The notes: generated by a model not told the origin, from the sequence alone. A DNA stretch of 58,721 nucleotides from an uncultured Candidatus Poseidoniales archaeon (GCA_964389655.1 CAYMED010000018.1:1-58721); one strand, 5' to 3'; counted from the stretch's first letter, positions 19,221 to 29,562 are shown. Translations and numbers: made by a program.

Positions 19221-21791
19221 GTGCTGGCAAAAGTTTCGCAGTGCGAGCCACAACGCCGCGCCCGCTCACCCTATCTCATATGTGGGTTTATTTTCGCCTC
19301 AGTCGCCTTGCTTCCACTTCCCGTCTCGGCAGATTATCCGTTCGATCTCCCTCTCTCTGAAATTATAGTCTCTGGTCAGAATGGTATTGGCCCGGGGGAA
19401 GTAAATGTCAGTGTGAGGGTTGACCACCTTTCGGGTTCGCAGTTGTGGGTTAATTTGCACGCACGCCTAGAAAATTCAGAGGGGGTAGTCTTCTGGACTC
19501 AATCCTCAAACCTTACGGTCCTCCAAAATTCAAATCTCCGTGTCAATTTATCACTTGGAGTCGTCCCAACAGGCATTCACCAATTCAGGCTTTCTCTATC
19601 GAATCATTCTGACCCGAATGCTTCTTCCATTGGTGATTCCATTAGTCGAGTCGTTCCAATTCACAGGTTGTTTCCAGCAGATGCAAAAATTCTCGATATT
19701 GACCGCTGGAAAATTGAATGGAGGGATCATGCCAATGGGTCTACTTCTCCAAATGCAACACCGACTGAAGGGGAGATTGGTATTATTGCACCAAGATTGA
19801 TCAACCTTGGTGAAGTTTCCACTAACATCTCTTGGAATGTGTCTCTGTTCAATGATGATCGTTGGTGGAATGACTCTGGAATTCTCTATTTGAGTGGCGG
19901 GGAAGCAAATCTGACATCGTCACTTCAGTCAGATGAGTTAATTGAAGGGCCCCTGATTGCAAACGTATCTATTGCTGGGTCTGCCGTCCCGAATGGTTCA
20001 GCAAATTTACTTCGTTCATGGGTTGTATCACCCCGTCCTAGCCCTATTCTCAATCTTACTGCAAATTGGGTGAACCTCTCAGAGGACGAACCCAAAATGT
20101 TCGTTGAAATTGAGAATTCAGGTGCTGTTAGCTGGAATGGGACGCTGTCATGTGGAACCCCTGATTTCGAATCATTTAGGGGTTTTATCTCCATCGCTGA
20201 CAATTCGATCTTCAATATCTCTGTTGAGAGTTATGGTCGAGCAGGGCGCTGGACTTGTTCTATCGAATCGAACATTTCCATTTCTTCATCTTCCGTCCTC
20301 AATACAACCCTCGATCTCCAACGTCCTTCAGCAATATGGGAATTGATGAGTGAACCTAGAATTAGTGATGGCTCGCGTCATGCTGGTGATTCACTTGCGG
20401 TCAGGGCTATTGTACGAAACAATGGTACACTTGCTGGCTCCATCCATCTTGAGATCAAAGTGGGGCTAACTGTTGTCTCGTCAGGACCCTCCCTTCGATT
20501 GGGAGCAAATGAAGAAGGTCTTATTGAGTCATTCTTCGTAATAGCAGGGGAAGGTTCTCAATCGTTCACTTGGGCTCTTGTGGCATCTGATGGTTGGATC
20601 AATGGTTCTCGAACAGGAGCAATTGCATATGTGGCTGAACCTCTTCAGAAGTTATCACTTTTGTCAGTTGATGTGAGTCGAACTGCCCAAGGTGGTTCTT
20701 ATGTCCAAATTTCGCTTAATCTTTCCGAGGGTGCTAGCCGAAGTATTGACCTCAAAGTTGGATTATTGGATGGAAGTTATCTCGTTAATGAAGCGCTTCT
20801 TCTATCCCCTGGTCATTCATTACTCATCTATGACCTTACCGCGCCATCTTCTAAAACAACATTGCGCGTATTTGTCTCTCCTGTTGGCTGGGGTGCATCC
20901 AATTTGAGTAATTCATCTCATTTGTCTACAGATGCCGTGCTTACAGCGATTGGTTCTGAACTCGTGATGAGTGCTGGATTAAGTGATACCACAGCGATTG
21001 CATCATCGGGCCAAGTCCTAGGGCTTTCGGTTACCTTAAGGAATGATGGAAGCGCTCCATCCCCTTCGGGCCGTCTTGTGATTACGCGAGATGTAGACGG
21101 GTTTCGATTAGCCGAAGTTGAGACCCCGTTATTAGATCCGGGCGCTTCGAAAATAATCGAATTTAATTTGGCACCATGGCCGGATAATCAGGGACACGTC
21201 GCAACAGTTCGCTGGACCGTCGATGAAACTGTTGTAGCAAGCTCTTCAGTTGCATTTATTTCTGCGCAATCCAGCGATGCAGAAGTTTCGGGAATGGTTC
21301 AAGGAAGCGCTATTGGAGCATTAGGTGCGATCGTCTTGTTGGCCGTGATCCGTATTGCAATGGCTGCAAGGTCGTCGAATTCGGATTCGCTGATTCTTTC
21401 TTCAGAAAGAAAAATGACCAGTGATGAACGCATAGAAATATCCTGTCCCGAATGTCCTCAAAGGCTTCGTGTACCTAGTGATTATTCAGGCCGTGTTCGT
21501 TGTGCTGCATGCGGCGAAGTATTTCCTGTGGAACTCAATGTGACTACGCTTTCTGAGGTGAATGAGGATGATGTTGATAATACGGATGATCTCCAAGATG
21601 AATCCCCTCCTGATATGTTGCGAGAAGATATCTCATCCTCTAAAGATACTTTGGAATCAGTATCCAGTAAGCATGATGTTGTCCGTTGTCCTACTTGCCA
21701 GCAAGCCCTTCGTGTTCCGATTGATCGTCGGCCAGTGACTGCGCGCTGTCCCAAGTGTGAAACCCGATTTCAGGCAACATACGAGCGGTGA
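19221..21791 (+). CDS. Surface protein: signal peptide, CARDB/Ig-like repeats, TM helix, two cytoplasmic zinc ribbons
   Basis: Repeated x(R/E/I)NxG CARDB-like strands; TM near the C-terminus; CPEC..CAAC and CPTC..CPKC motifs. Confidence 0.8.
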   Translation: MLAKVSQCEPQRRARSPYLICGFIFASVALLPLPVSADYPFDLPLSEIIVSGQNGIGPGEVNVSVRVDHLSGSQLWVNLHARLENSEGVVFWTQSSNLTVLQNSNLRVNLSLGVVPTGIHQFRLSLSNHSDPNASSIGDSISRVVPIHRLFPADAKILDIDRWKIEWRDHANGSTSPNATPTEGEIGIIAPRLINLGEVSTNISWNVSLFNDDRWWNDSGILYLSGGEANLTSSLQSDELIEGPLIANVSIAGSAVPNGSANLLRSWVVSPRPSPILNLTANWVNLSEDEPKMFVEIENSGAVSWNGTLSCGTPDFESFRGFISIADNSIFNISVESYGRAGRWTCSIESNISISSSSVLNTTLDLQRPSAIWELMSEPRISDGSRHAGDSLAVRAIVRNNGTLAGSIHLEIKVGLTVVSSGPSLRLGANEEGLIESFFVIAGEGSQSFTWALVASDGWINGSRTGAIAYVAEPLQKLSLLSVDVSRTAQGGSYVQISLNLSEGASRSIDLKVGLLDGSYLVNEALLLSPGHSLLIYDLTAPSSKTTLRVFVSPVGWGASNLSNSSHLSTDAVLTAIGSELVMSAGLSDTTAIASSGQVLGLSVTLRNDGSAPSPSGRLVITRDVDGFRLAEVETPLLDPGASKIIEFNLAPWPDNQGHVATVRWTVDETVVASSSVAFISAQSSDAEVSGMVQGSAIGALGAIVLLAVIRIAMAARSSNSDSLILSSERKMTSDERIEISCPECPQRLRVPSDYSGRVRCAACGEVFPVELNVTTLSEVNEDDVDNTDDLQDESPPDMLREDISSSKDTLESVSSKHDVVRCPTCQQALRVPIDRRPVTARCPKCETRFQATYER

Positions 21792-21836
21792 CTTGATGGA
21801 TGTGAATCGGCTGCAATAATTTTGAGGAGGGAAAGG

Positions 21837-23318
21837 ATGAGCAAAGCGCCAGATTTGGATTCGGGGGATGTTGAAGTCCCTCCACTCGATGAAGTCCTCA
21901 ATAAGTCTGATAATTTGGATGACAGTTTAGAGTCAGCCATTGATGCTGAGGTATCCCAGCAGGCTGCTGAAGATGATCGGACATTATTGGCTAAAATTCT
22001 TGATTTAGGGGAACACGCTGCGCGCATCGAGAATACCCTTGCAGGACTTGAATCTCGCCTCCATACGTCAGGCCTTCGCACAAGTCAGTGGCTTCCAGTT
22101 CTAATCCTCCTCGTTGAGATTGTGCTTTTGTCCACTAGAGGTGGTGATCCACCTTGGTGGTCCGATGGACTAGGGTCTGTAATAGGGATGCAACTGTCAT
22201 CAGCTATGCTGGGTTTGGGAGTAGTTTTTCTGATCGCACTTATTGTACTTGACCTACTCGCAGCCTCTCGCCGTTTTCTCGGTTTGGTTGCACTTGGCGA
22301 TCTGAGTCGCCGTCGTGATGGTGGCCTTTCCCCAAGGGATGATATTTCATGGCCTGCCTGCTGGGCAAATGCCCTTTTGGATACAAAACATCGAGCATCA
22401 TTAGCCGCATTAACTCTGATTGCATCTGTATGGCATGCAACCGCATTATCGGGTGGCAGTGCTTATGGGCAAAGTGGCGTCTCCATTGCGTTTGTACTTT
22501 GTTTCATGATGCTCCGTCTCAGTCTTGATATTGGGCGAGCCTCACCCATGTGGTCGACTCAAGCCACCCTAGGTCTTGTTCAATTACACAGGCCTGTATC
22601 CCATCCACTTACCACATACACACCCAATCTTGTAGCTTTAGAAAATACATGCGATCCATTTACTGCTCGCAGTTTTGCGACTTGGCGAAAACGAATGCAG
22701 AAAGCCGGTCTAAAGAATGATGAGAAAATTGAAACAATTCTCGATGCTATCGTCGATCATGTTCTTGGCCAAGATGATGACGAAGACCTTTCGGCGTGTG
22801 TTAAGTCAGTAGCCGGCAAGGATGTGAATCCATTTAGCGCAGATGATATGACCGAGCGGATGTTTGAAATCCTCGTGGATGAGATTAGGATAAACCATCC
22901 TGGTCTTTTTGCTATACGCCGTAATCACTCGGGTGAAATGAGTGCGGATATGCGCATTGGTGACCGTGGCCTAGCCCACATATTTGCAAGAGTATCTAAG
23001 GGTGCAGTTCCAAAAGGTGAGTTAGAAGTTTCAGCGAGTGGTTCATTGTCTACGACAATTTCACTTGGTGATTGCAGCAAGGAAACTTGGTTGTGGATTG
23101 ACATCGATTCGATAGAGTCAAGGCAAATGCATACAACGCTTCGGCTGACAGATGCCAAAGGAAATCCCCGAGTTGTGCAAAGTTTGCGCGCCACGCCCTC
23201 GTCTGCCTTTACGCGTGTGACTCGCCGTCGTCTTTCGGCACTTCTTACTGGTTCTGCACTGGCAATTCCGTTGATCCTCGGTTTTGCAGCATTTTCAGTT
23301 TGGATCCGGACGCTGTAA
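21837..23318 (+). CDS. Hypothetical membrane protein (acidic N-terminus, ~4 TM, soluble domain, C-terminal TM)
   Basis: Long ORF co-oriented with its neighbours; hydrophobic segments; start MSKAP inferred. Confidence 0.7.
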   Translation: MSKAPDLDSGDVEVPPLDEVLNKSDNLDDSLESAIDAEVSQQAAEDDRTLLAKILDLGEHAARIENTLAGLESRLHTSGLRTSQWLPVLILLVEIVLLSTRGGDPPWWSDGLGSVIGMQLSSAMLGLGVVFLIALIVLDLLAASRRFLGLVALGDLSRRRDGGLSPRDDISWPACWANALLDTKHRASLAALTLIASVWHATALSGGSAYGQSGVSIAFVLCFMMLRLSLDIGRASPMWSTQATLGLVQLHRPVSHPLTTYTPNLVALENTCDPFTARSFATWRKRMQKAGLKNDEKIETILDAIVDHVLGQDDDEDLSACVKSVAGKDVNPFSADDMTERMFEILVDEIRINHPGLFAIRRNHSGEMSADMRIGDRGLAHIFARVSKGAVPKGELEVSASGSLSTTISLGDCSKETWLWIDIDSIESRQMHTTLRLTDAKGNPRVVQSLRATPSSAFTRVTRRRLSALLTGSALAIPLILGFAAFSVWIRTL

Positions 23319-23383
23319 TTTCGCGCGTGGTTGATTAATGGATTGGCAGGATTCAAACGGAAGAGGTTTGTCGCGCAGAATCG

Positions 23384-24397
23384 ATGTCAGGCGATGACTT
23401 GAGTGACCCGAGTGCTTTACGAGAGCAACTCACTAACATGGAAGCTCGTATTTCCCGCATACGTGAGGTGAGGGACGCTCACAATTTGAGTGCTAGAAGG
23501 GCAGCGGAGCAGCGAGATTCAGTTCAGGGTCAAAACAAGGATTTGCGTGAGCGAATCAACGAGCGCATCGAGGTGCGGGATGAGATTCGTGCGCGAATAC
23601 AGGCGCATAAAAACCGCCGAGATGCGATTCAAGAACAAGTGAGGGCACTTATTCAACAATCACGGAAAGGCCGTTCAAATCAGCGTGATGCGAAATCAGT
23701 TCGGGTTCAATTCAATGATGCTAGGGCAGAAGTTGATCGTCGGACCAAGCGAATTGAAACAAGTGGCGCACTCACCCTTGAAGATGAGAAAAAAGAACTC
23801 GAAATAATTCGAAGATTGATGGTGAAAATATCCGACTTAGAGCCATTGGTTAAGGAGCAGGAACGGCTTGATGTTGATTTGGATGATATTGAAGGATCAA
23901 TACAAGAACTCAGAGCACGGGCAGATGAGGAGCACCAGTCAATGGTCGAAGCGGTTGATGAGGTCAAGATTGTCTCCAAAGAATTGGATGAGATGTTTTC
24001 TGAACGCTCATTTCTCAAAGCAGAGGGGGATAGGCATCATGCCTCCTTTGTTTCATCCCGTGAGAAAGCCGATGAGGTCCACCAGAAAATCAAAGATATC
24101 ATCGATGAAGTTACCAAGGTCAAGGATCAATTACAAGCACTCCGTTCTGAAGCTCGCGGATGGATGGACCAGCATAATGCAAGCGTCCGAGAAGAAATGC
24201 AGGATGGATCCGATTCAGATGAAATTGCGGATGAACTTGCAATGCTCTTGGAATCAACAGGGCAATTGTCTTTGGGTGGCGTCCTTTCTTCTGATCCGGG
24301 AAGGCGCTCAGATCCTCCAATCCGTGAAGTTACTAAGAAAAATAAGAAAAGCAGAATCGAGCCACAAAGAAGACGTCGAATGTCTGGTGGTTCTTGA
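23384..24397 (+). CDS. Archaeal coiled-coil protein (COG1340-like), paralog 4
   Basis: VRDAHN..QRDSVQ..RDEIR..RDAIQ repeats; hinge RIETSGALTLEDEKKELEIIRRL; basic tail. Confidence 0.75.
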   Translation: MSGDDLSDPSALREQLTNMEARISRIREVRDAHNLSARRAAEQRDSVQGQNKDLRERINERIEVRDEIRARIQAHKNRRDAIQEQVRALIQQSRKGRSNQRDAKSVRVQFNDARAEVDRRTKRIETSGALTLEDEKKELEIIRRLMVKISDLEPLVKEQERLDVDLDDIEGSIQELRARADEEHQSMVEAVDEVKIVSKELDEMFSERSFLKAEGDRHHASFVSSREKADEVHQKIKDIIDEVTKVKDQLQALRSEARGWMDQHNASVREEMQDGSDSDEIADELAMLLESTGQLSLGGVLSSDPGRRSDPPIREVTKKNKKSRIEPQRRRRMSGGS

Positions 24398-25419
24398 ACA
24401 TGCAAGCGATCATTATGGCAGGAGGGCGAGGGGAGCGCCTTCGCCCGCTCACAGATGACCGTCCTAAGCCCCTTGTTGAGGTGTTTGACCGACCTGTCAT
24501 CGACCACGTTGCAGCAATGCTTTCTCATTGTGGCGTCAGTAGCGTCGCTTTGACAACTCATTATGGGGCTGAAATGCTGATTGAGCATGCGAGAGGATGG
24601 AGCCATAGATTTGGGTTTGATGAGGTCAAAATTAGTAGGGAAAAAACACCCATGGGTACAGCGGGAGGAGTAGCCATGTTACACGAGTGGATAGAAGGGC
24701 CAGTGATCATTGCAAGTGGGGACAATTTATGCTCATTCGATATATCTCCCCTTGTTGAAGCCCATAATCGAAGTGGCGCTTCAACTTCAATGGCACTTTG
24801 GCACGTGTTAGATACGCGAGAATTTGGCATTGTTGGTCTTTCGAAAATGTCTGGGGAGTTGGTTGATGAATCGCTTGAGCAAGGTTATATTTCCAAATTT
24901 GCAGAAAAACCTGCTCCTGAAGAGTCCTTCTCAAATTTGATTAATGCAGGGATTTACCTTTTGGAGCCAGATGTTGTTGCAGCGATACCGGAGGGCGAGA
25001 AATACGATTTCTCCCGGGACCTATTTCCTCTTCTTCTTCAGAAAGGTGTTCCGATGTGGGCCATGTCTCTTCCAGGGATCTGGTATGATGTGGGGCGTCC
25101 GAGTGAGTTGATTCAGTCACAAGTTGATGTCGCGCTTGGTAATGCTCAATTGCCCACACCAGATGCATTAGATGGTGTATTTAGTGAGGGGAATTGGATC
25201 TCGAATACTGCCCGAGTTGAAGGTGACGCCATCTTAGAAGGAGCCGTTTTGCATGCTAAATCGTTCATTGGTGCTGGTGCGAAGGTCACGCGGAGCGTTG
25301 TCATGCGGGGTGCTCATGTCCAAGCAAACGCCGTGTTGGAAGATGCATTAATCGTACCCGAGCATGCACTCCTTGAGGGACACACATTTTCTAGAGGTGT
25401 GTGTCATGATCGCAGTTAA
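24394..25419 (+). CDS. NDP-sugar pyrophosphorylase (mannose-1-phosphate guanylyltransferase-like)
   Basis: AIIMAGGRGERLRPLT..PKPL, MGTAG, FAEKP, INAGIY, WYDVG, C-terminal hexapeptide repeats. Confidence 0.9.
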   Translation: MNMQAIIMAGGRGERLRPLTDDRPKPLVEVFDRPVIDHVAAMLSHCGVSSVALTTHYGAEMLIEHARGWSHRFGFDEVKISREKTPMGTAGGVAMLHEWIEGPVIIASGDNLCSFDISPLVEAHNRSGASTSMALWHVLDTREFGIVGLSKMSGELVDESLEQGYISKFAEKPAPEESFSNLINAGIYLLEPDVVAAIPEGEKYDFSRDLFPLLLQKGVPMWAMSLPGIWYDVGRPSELIQSQVDVALGNAQLPTPDALDGVFSEGNWISNTARVEGDAILEGAVLHAKSFIGAGAKVTRSVVMRGAHVQANAVLEDALIVPEHALLEGHTFSRGVCHDRS

Positions 25420-25472
25420 TTGACTGGTGTCTGGCACCATTTCTACAGGCCATTTTTGACATTATTGGGGGC

Positions 25473-26192
25473 CTACGGTTTAGGTTTCAACTCCGAGTCG
25501 ACAGCACCTCTGCGATCAAAGACAAAACATTCTCCGTCCCAGTGTGACCCCCCTGCTTTCTCAAAGTAGCCCAAAATACCCCCACCTAATTGTCGAACAT
25601 CTTTGAAGCCCTCGTTGATCATGACTGCACTGGCCTTCTCACATCGTATACCACCTGTGCAGAACATCACCAATGTTTTGTTTTTGTCGAGATTTGAATT
25701 TTTCACAGCTTCGGGGAACCCTCTAAATGTGCTCAGATTTAAACCGACTGCATTTTCAAACGTCCCAATGCACATCTCGTAATCGTTGCGTGTATCAAGA
25801 ATTGTGATGTCCCGGGAATCATCTAACCATTGTTTGAATTCTGCAGGCGTAATCACATCTCCGGTGAATTTCGCTGGCTTGATCTCTTTCATTCCCATGG
25901 ATATAATCTCTTTTTTGAGGCGAACTTTCATGCGCTCGAAGGAAATTGTTGAACTGTAAGATATTCTCAGAGGGATATCCACAAATCGGATATCTTGTTT
26001 GAGGTATGCTAGAAAGCAATCAATACCTGATTGCTCCCCACAAAGAGAAAAATTGATGCCTTCCGTGCTCAATAATATGGTGCCATGGAGCCGATTTTCT
26101 CGACAAACATCTCGAAAAGGCTGCTGCAGTTCATCTCGATCGGGCATCTCCACAAAGCGATAGCCTGTTATGTTGACAAATTCTCTCGTCAT
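25473..26192 (-). CDS. trhO: TrhO/YceA (UPF0176) rhodanese-domain protein, putative tRNA U34 hydroxylase
   Basis: GTILLSTEGIN, KVRLKKEII, LDTRNDYE..GTF, FCTGGIRCEKA, LGGGILGY, GECFVFDRR. Confidence 0.8.
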   Translation of the reverse strand: MTREFVNITGYRFVEMPDRDELQQPFRDVCRENRLHGTILLSTEGINFSLCGEQSGIDCFLAYLKQDIRFVDIPLRISYSSTISFERMKVRLKKEIISMGMKEIKPAKFTGDVITPAEFKQWLDDSRDITILDTRNDYEMCIGTFENAVGLNLSTFRGFPEAVKNSNLDKNKTLVMFCTGGIRCEKASAVMINEGFKDVRQLGGGILGYFEKAGGSHWDGECFVFDRRGAVDSELKPKP

Positions 26193-26372
26193 ACTAACTC
26201 CCTTTCGTCACGACTACAAGATTAAGCACATTCATATCAATGTGTAGTTATGGCCTACTTCTCATCATGTGAATGCTCAATTTGGCTGAGATGTCCGAAC
26301 CATTCTGGCTAATAGATGGTGTTGCTGTTATTTTGGAATATTGATATACTAGTCTCTAGGCGCCCGACCAAT

Positions 26373-26618
26373 ATGCACGGTATGCCTAGAATCTGGCAAG
26401 AACGCGAGGCCCTACGGGAAGCCGTAGAAATCAGGGAGATGTTAGATGATGCTAGGGCACGCCTCCGTGGATGGAAAGACACCTATGACCTTGCTCGCGC
26501 AACGGGGGACCGATCGGTGATGAAAGAGGCGGCTCGCAACTTCAAGGCGTTGCAAGGAGTTGAGAAGACTTTACGCTGGGTGTTAGGGTTAGAGGGTGTA
26601 GCGCACCCGCTTGATTAA
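26373..26618 (+). CDS. Small hypothetical helical protein
   Basis: ORF with protein-like composition ending RNFKALQGVEKTLRWVLG..HPL; start uncertain (26373 or 26382). Confidence 0.6.
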   Translation: MHGMPRIWQEREALREAVEIREMLDDARARLRGWKDTYDLARATGDRSVMKEAARNFKALQGVEKTLRWVLGLEGVAHPLD

Positions 26619-27611
26619 TCACCATCCGCGTCGTTCTAGGCGTTCATGTTCTGGGATTTCTTCTAATTCAATTCCCCTCATGGCAGCACCTGCGTCGCGA
26701 CATGCTTCAGTTACAATTGCAGGGTCATCAAAAGCATGAGCTGCCCGTACGATTGCTTCGGCGGTTTCGGCAGGAGTTTCAGATTTGAAAATACCGGATC
26801 CTACGAACACACCATCCATCCCATGTTGCATCATGAGTGCAGCATCTGCCGGGGTGGCGATTCCCCCCGCACTAAATGTAACCACAGGTAACCGTTTCAA
26901 GGTGCGAATTTCAGAAAGTGTATCTCGAATGGCGGATGTGAGATCGTTTATAGGCCCAAAAGGAGTATTTGCGGTTCCTGACCTTAGTTCAGTATCCAAT
27001 TGTTGAGCAATTTTTTGGTATGGTGTGGCAATTAGATCTGATATTGCTTCTAGGTCGGATGATTCATCAACAATTGCTGCGATTCCCTCGTTTAGCAAAT
27101 GCGCGTGGGTTACTGCTGCGACGATGTTTCCAGTTCCTGCCTCACCCTTTGTTCGAATCATCGCTGCTCCTTCAGTAACCCGTCTAACTGCTTCGGATAC
27201 CGATGTGGCACCACATACAAAAGGAACTTCAAAGGATTCTTTATGGATATGAAAATAGGGGTCAGCAGGGGTTAGGACTTCTGATTCATCAATCATGTCA
27301 ACGCCCAAGTGCTCTAATATTCGTGCTTCTGAATTATGCCCGATCCGAGCTTTTGCCATAACGGGGATCGAAGAGATCTCAATTATTTCTTGGATGAGGT
27401 CTGGATGGGACATGCGCGCCACGCCACCATCTGCTCGTATATCTGCGGGTACGCGTTCAAGGGCCATTACTGCAACTGCACCAGCCTCTTCCGCGATTTC
27501 AGCCTGCTCAGCATTAACCACGTCCATGATGACGCCCCCTTGCTGCATGCGCGCAAATCCTCGCTTGACGAGGTCGGACCCTCGGCGCATCGTGGTGAGG
27601 TCTAATTGCAT
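26619..27611 (-). CDS. pdxS: Pyridoxal 5'-phosphate synthase subunit PdxS
   Basis: [56 protein letters not shown]. Confidence 0.97.
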   Translation of the reverse strand: MQLDLTTMRRGSDLVKRGFARMQQGGVIMDVVNAEQAEIAEEAGAVAVMALERVPADIRADGGVARMSHPDLIQEIIEISSIPVMAKARIGHNSEARILEHLGVDMIDESEVLTPADPYFHIHKESFEVPFVCGATSVSEAVRRVTEGAAMIRTKGEAGTGNIVAAVTHAHLLNEGIAAIVDESSDLEAISDLIATPYQKIAQQLDTELRSGTANTPFGPINDLTSAIRDTLSEIRTLKRLPVVTFSAGGIATPADAALMMQHGMDGVFVGSGIFKSETPAETAEAIVRAAHAFDDPAIVTEACRDAGAAMRGIELEEIPEHERLERRGW

Positions 27612-27664
27612 GCTTCCGACGGGGGGCGGTTCCCGCGCGTTGATGATCTCTTCGCTCTATACTC

Positions 27665-27937
27665 TCAAGCTAGAACCGGTGAGTCTCCCGTTGCGATCTC
27701 CAAATTTGGTGCCTCGTCTGCGTTTCTCTCGATCCAGTCAAATTCGTTGTCAGGAACATCCATATCGGCAAATATTGCCTCTACCGGGCATTCAGGCACA
27801 CACGCTTGACAATCAATACATTCATCAGGGTCTATGACAAGATAGGTTTCTGCTTCACGAAATGCCTCAACAGGGCACACAGCTACACATTCTTGGTATT
27901 TGCAATCGACACAAGTACTTACCACCACATGAGTCAT
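27665..27937 (-). CDS. fdxA: 7Fe dicluster ferredoxin (FdxA type)
   Basis: CVDCKYQECVAVCPV and CIDCQACVPECPVEAI. Confidence 0.9.
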   Translation of the reverse strand: MTHVVVSTCVDCKYQECVAVCPVEAFREAETYLVIDPDECIDCQACVPECPVEAIFADMDVPDNEFDWIERNADEAPNLEIATGDSPVLA

Positions 27938-27964
27938 TGTTTCTGTTAAGAGGTGCCTCCTTTT

Positions 27965-28453
27965 TCAATCATGCCCATTTACAATTACCGAATTGAGAGG
28001 TTTTTCAGGCCATCCCATGCGCTCTGCCCTTTCGATTGCAGCTTCTATCAAAGCCAGTCCTATTTCGACGGGATCCTCATTTGAGTGTACTCTCAACTTG
28101 GCCCGTATTTTGATAATTGACCCACTTTTGAGTGAAAGGGCAACTTGTCCCCTAACAAGTGCGTCAAGAGAGAGGCGCACATGGAGTACTCGATTTTTAT
28201 CAATTTTCGTTTGCAGAGTTTTAGATATTTGCGAAAGCACTTTTGGACCTAGCCGGGCGAGGGCCTGACGCGCCATCCCAGATCGCATTAGACGGATTTC
28301 GTATACTTGCATGTCTGCGCCATGATGCGATCTCTGTCGGTACGATTGGATCGGCTCCAAATCATCGATTAGCCACTTCATTGCGGAATTAATTGCTTCA
28401 ATATCATCCACGGCAGATGCATGTAATGCATAGGTGATTGAGTGTATTGGCAC
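27965..28453 (-). CDS. Archaeal RNA-binding protein (COG1325-like)
   Basis: HASAVDD..I, SHHG, LHVRL, IKIRAK; GTG start at 28453 avoids overlap with rps3Ae. Confidence 0.6.
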   Translation of the reverse strand: MPIHSITYALHASAVDDIEAINSAMKWLIDDLEPIQSYRQRSHHGADMQVYEIRLMRSGMARQALARLGPKVLSQISKTLQTKIDKNRVLHVRLSLDALVRGQVALSLKSGSIIKIRAKLRVHSNEDPVEIGLALIEAAIERAERMGWPEKPLNSVIVNGHD

Positions 28454-28548
28454 GCTTCTTCTTCGCGTGGTGGCTCGGTTCTGTTCATATACCCGTGGGG
28501 GGTCGCCCGCTCCGCGAGCAGGAGAGCCCCTGCAGGTGTGTCCCAATA

Positions 28549-29553
28549 ATGGCAACGCGATCACAGAACCAACGTGCAGTCGCACGCCGCCAAAAGGACA
28601 AGTGGAAGGCCAAGCGTTGGTTTACGATTCGCGCACCTCGAAATCCATGGAATTATCAGTCCATCGGAGAGACACTTGCGGAATCTGAAGAGCAACTCAT
28701 TGGGCGCGTATATGAGATCACTCAGCAAGAATTTGATGGTGACTTTAGCAAACTGCACGTGAAATTGCGATTTAGGATCTCTGAGACAATCGGAAGTGAC
28801 GCCATTACTCTATTCATGGGGCACGAGATTCTCAAAGATCATGTGCGGCGGCAAATTCGCAGGCACAGGACAAAAATCGATAATGTAATTGATGTGATTA
28901 CCAATGACGGCTTCCTTGTCCGTCTGAAGCCCCTATTGATCACAGACCGACGTATTCAGGCCAGTTTACAGCAGGCAATTCGCCATAATATGGCCACTAT
29001 GCTATCTACGGCAGCAGCTGGAATGGATTTTTCTGACCTGCAGAAGTCCCTCTTGGATGGTTCGTTAGAGAATCGGATCCGGGATTCGATCAAAGATCTC
29101 TACCGCTGTCGAACAGTTATGATTCGTCGAAGCCAACTTCTTCAGACAGGAGTGGAGCAAGACGATGGTCCGACTCTTGACGAAATTGTCGAAGAAGAGC
29201 GACGGCGACAGGCAGAAATCGATGCCCGCAAAAAGGCAGTACTTGAAGCAGCCATGGAGGATGATGCCGGTCAGAAAGAGGATGACGTATCCACTTCTTT
29301 TGCAGCAGCCGAAGCGCTTCAGGGAATGACAGAAACAGACGATAATGTGGACCAGGCGGATGAATCAGGAGATTCCACTCCTCTAGAGGCTTCAGATGGT
29401 GAAGTCGATGTGGGTACCGAACCCGATGAATTTAGTGCTGTTGATGTGGATTATGCTTCAATGACGGTTGTGCAATTGAAAGAACTTCTCAAGGCAGCAG
29501 GAAAACCCGTGTCTGGGAAAAAGTCAGAACTTATAGCACGACTAAACGAGTGA
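28549..29553 (+). CDS. rps3ae: 30S ribosomal protein S3Ae with an acidic linker and a C-terminal SAP-like domain
   Basis: KDKWKAKRWFTIRAP, IGET, LIGRVYE, KLRFRI, TKID; tail MTVVQLKELLKAAGKPVSGKKSELIARL. Confidence 0.93.
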   Translation: MATRSQNQRAVARRQKDKWKAKRWFTIRAPRNPWNYQSIGETLAESEEQLIGRVYEITQQEFDGDFSKLHVKLRFRISETIGSDAITLFMGHEILKDHVRRQIRRHRTKIDNVIDVITNDGFLVRLKPLLITDRRIQASLQQAIRHNMATMLSTAAAGMDFSDLQKSLLDGSLENRIRDSIKDLYRCRTVMIRRSQLLQTGVEQDDGPTLDEIVEEERRRQAEIDARKKAVLEAAMEDDAGQKEDDVSTSFAAAEALQGMTETDDNVDQADESGDSTPLEASDGEVDVGTEPDEFSAVDVDYASMTVVQLKELLKAAGKPVSGKKSELIARLNE

Positions 29554-29562
29554 ATTGCACTC

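Noticed and set aside
13950-24397. Coiled-coil proteins as SMC/Rad50 or phosphoserine phosphatase
   Set aside because: No Walker motifs, hinge/zinc hook or HAD DxD motif
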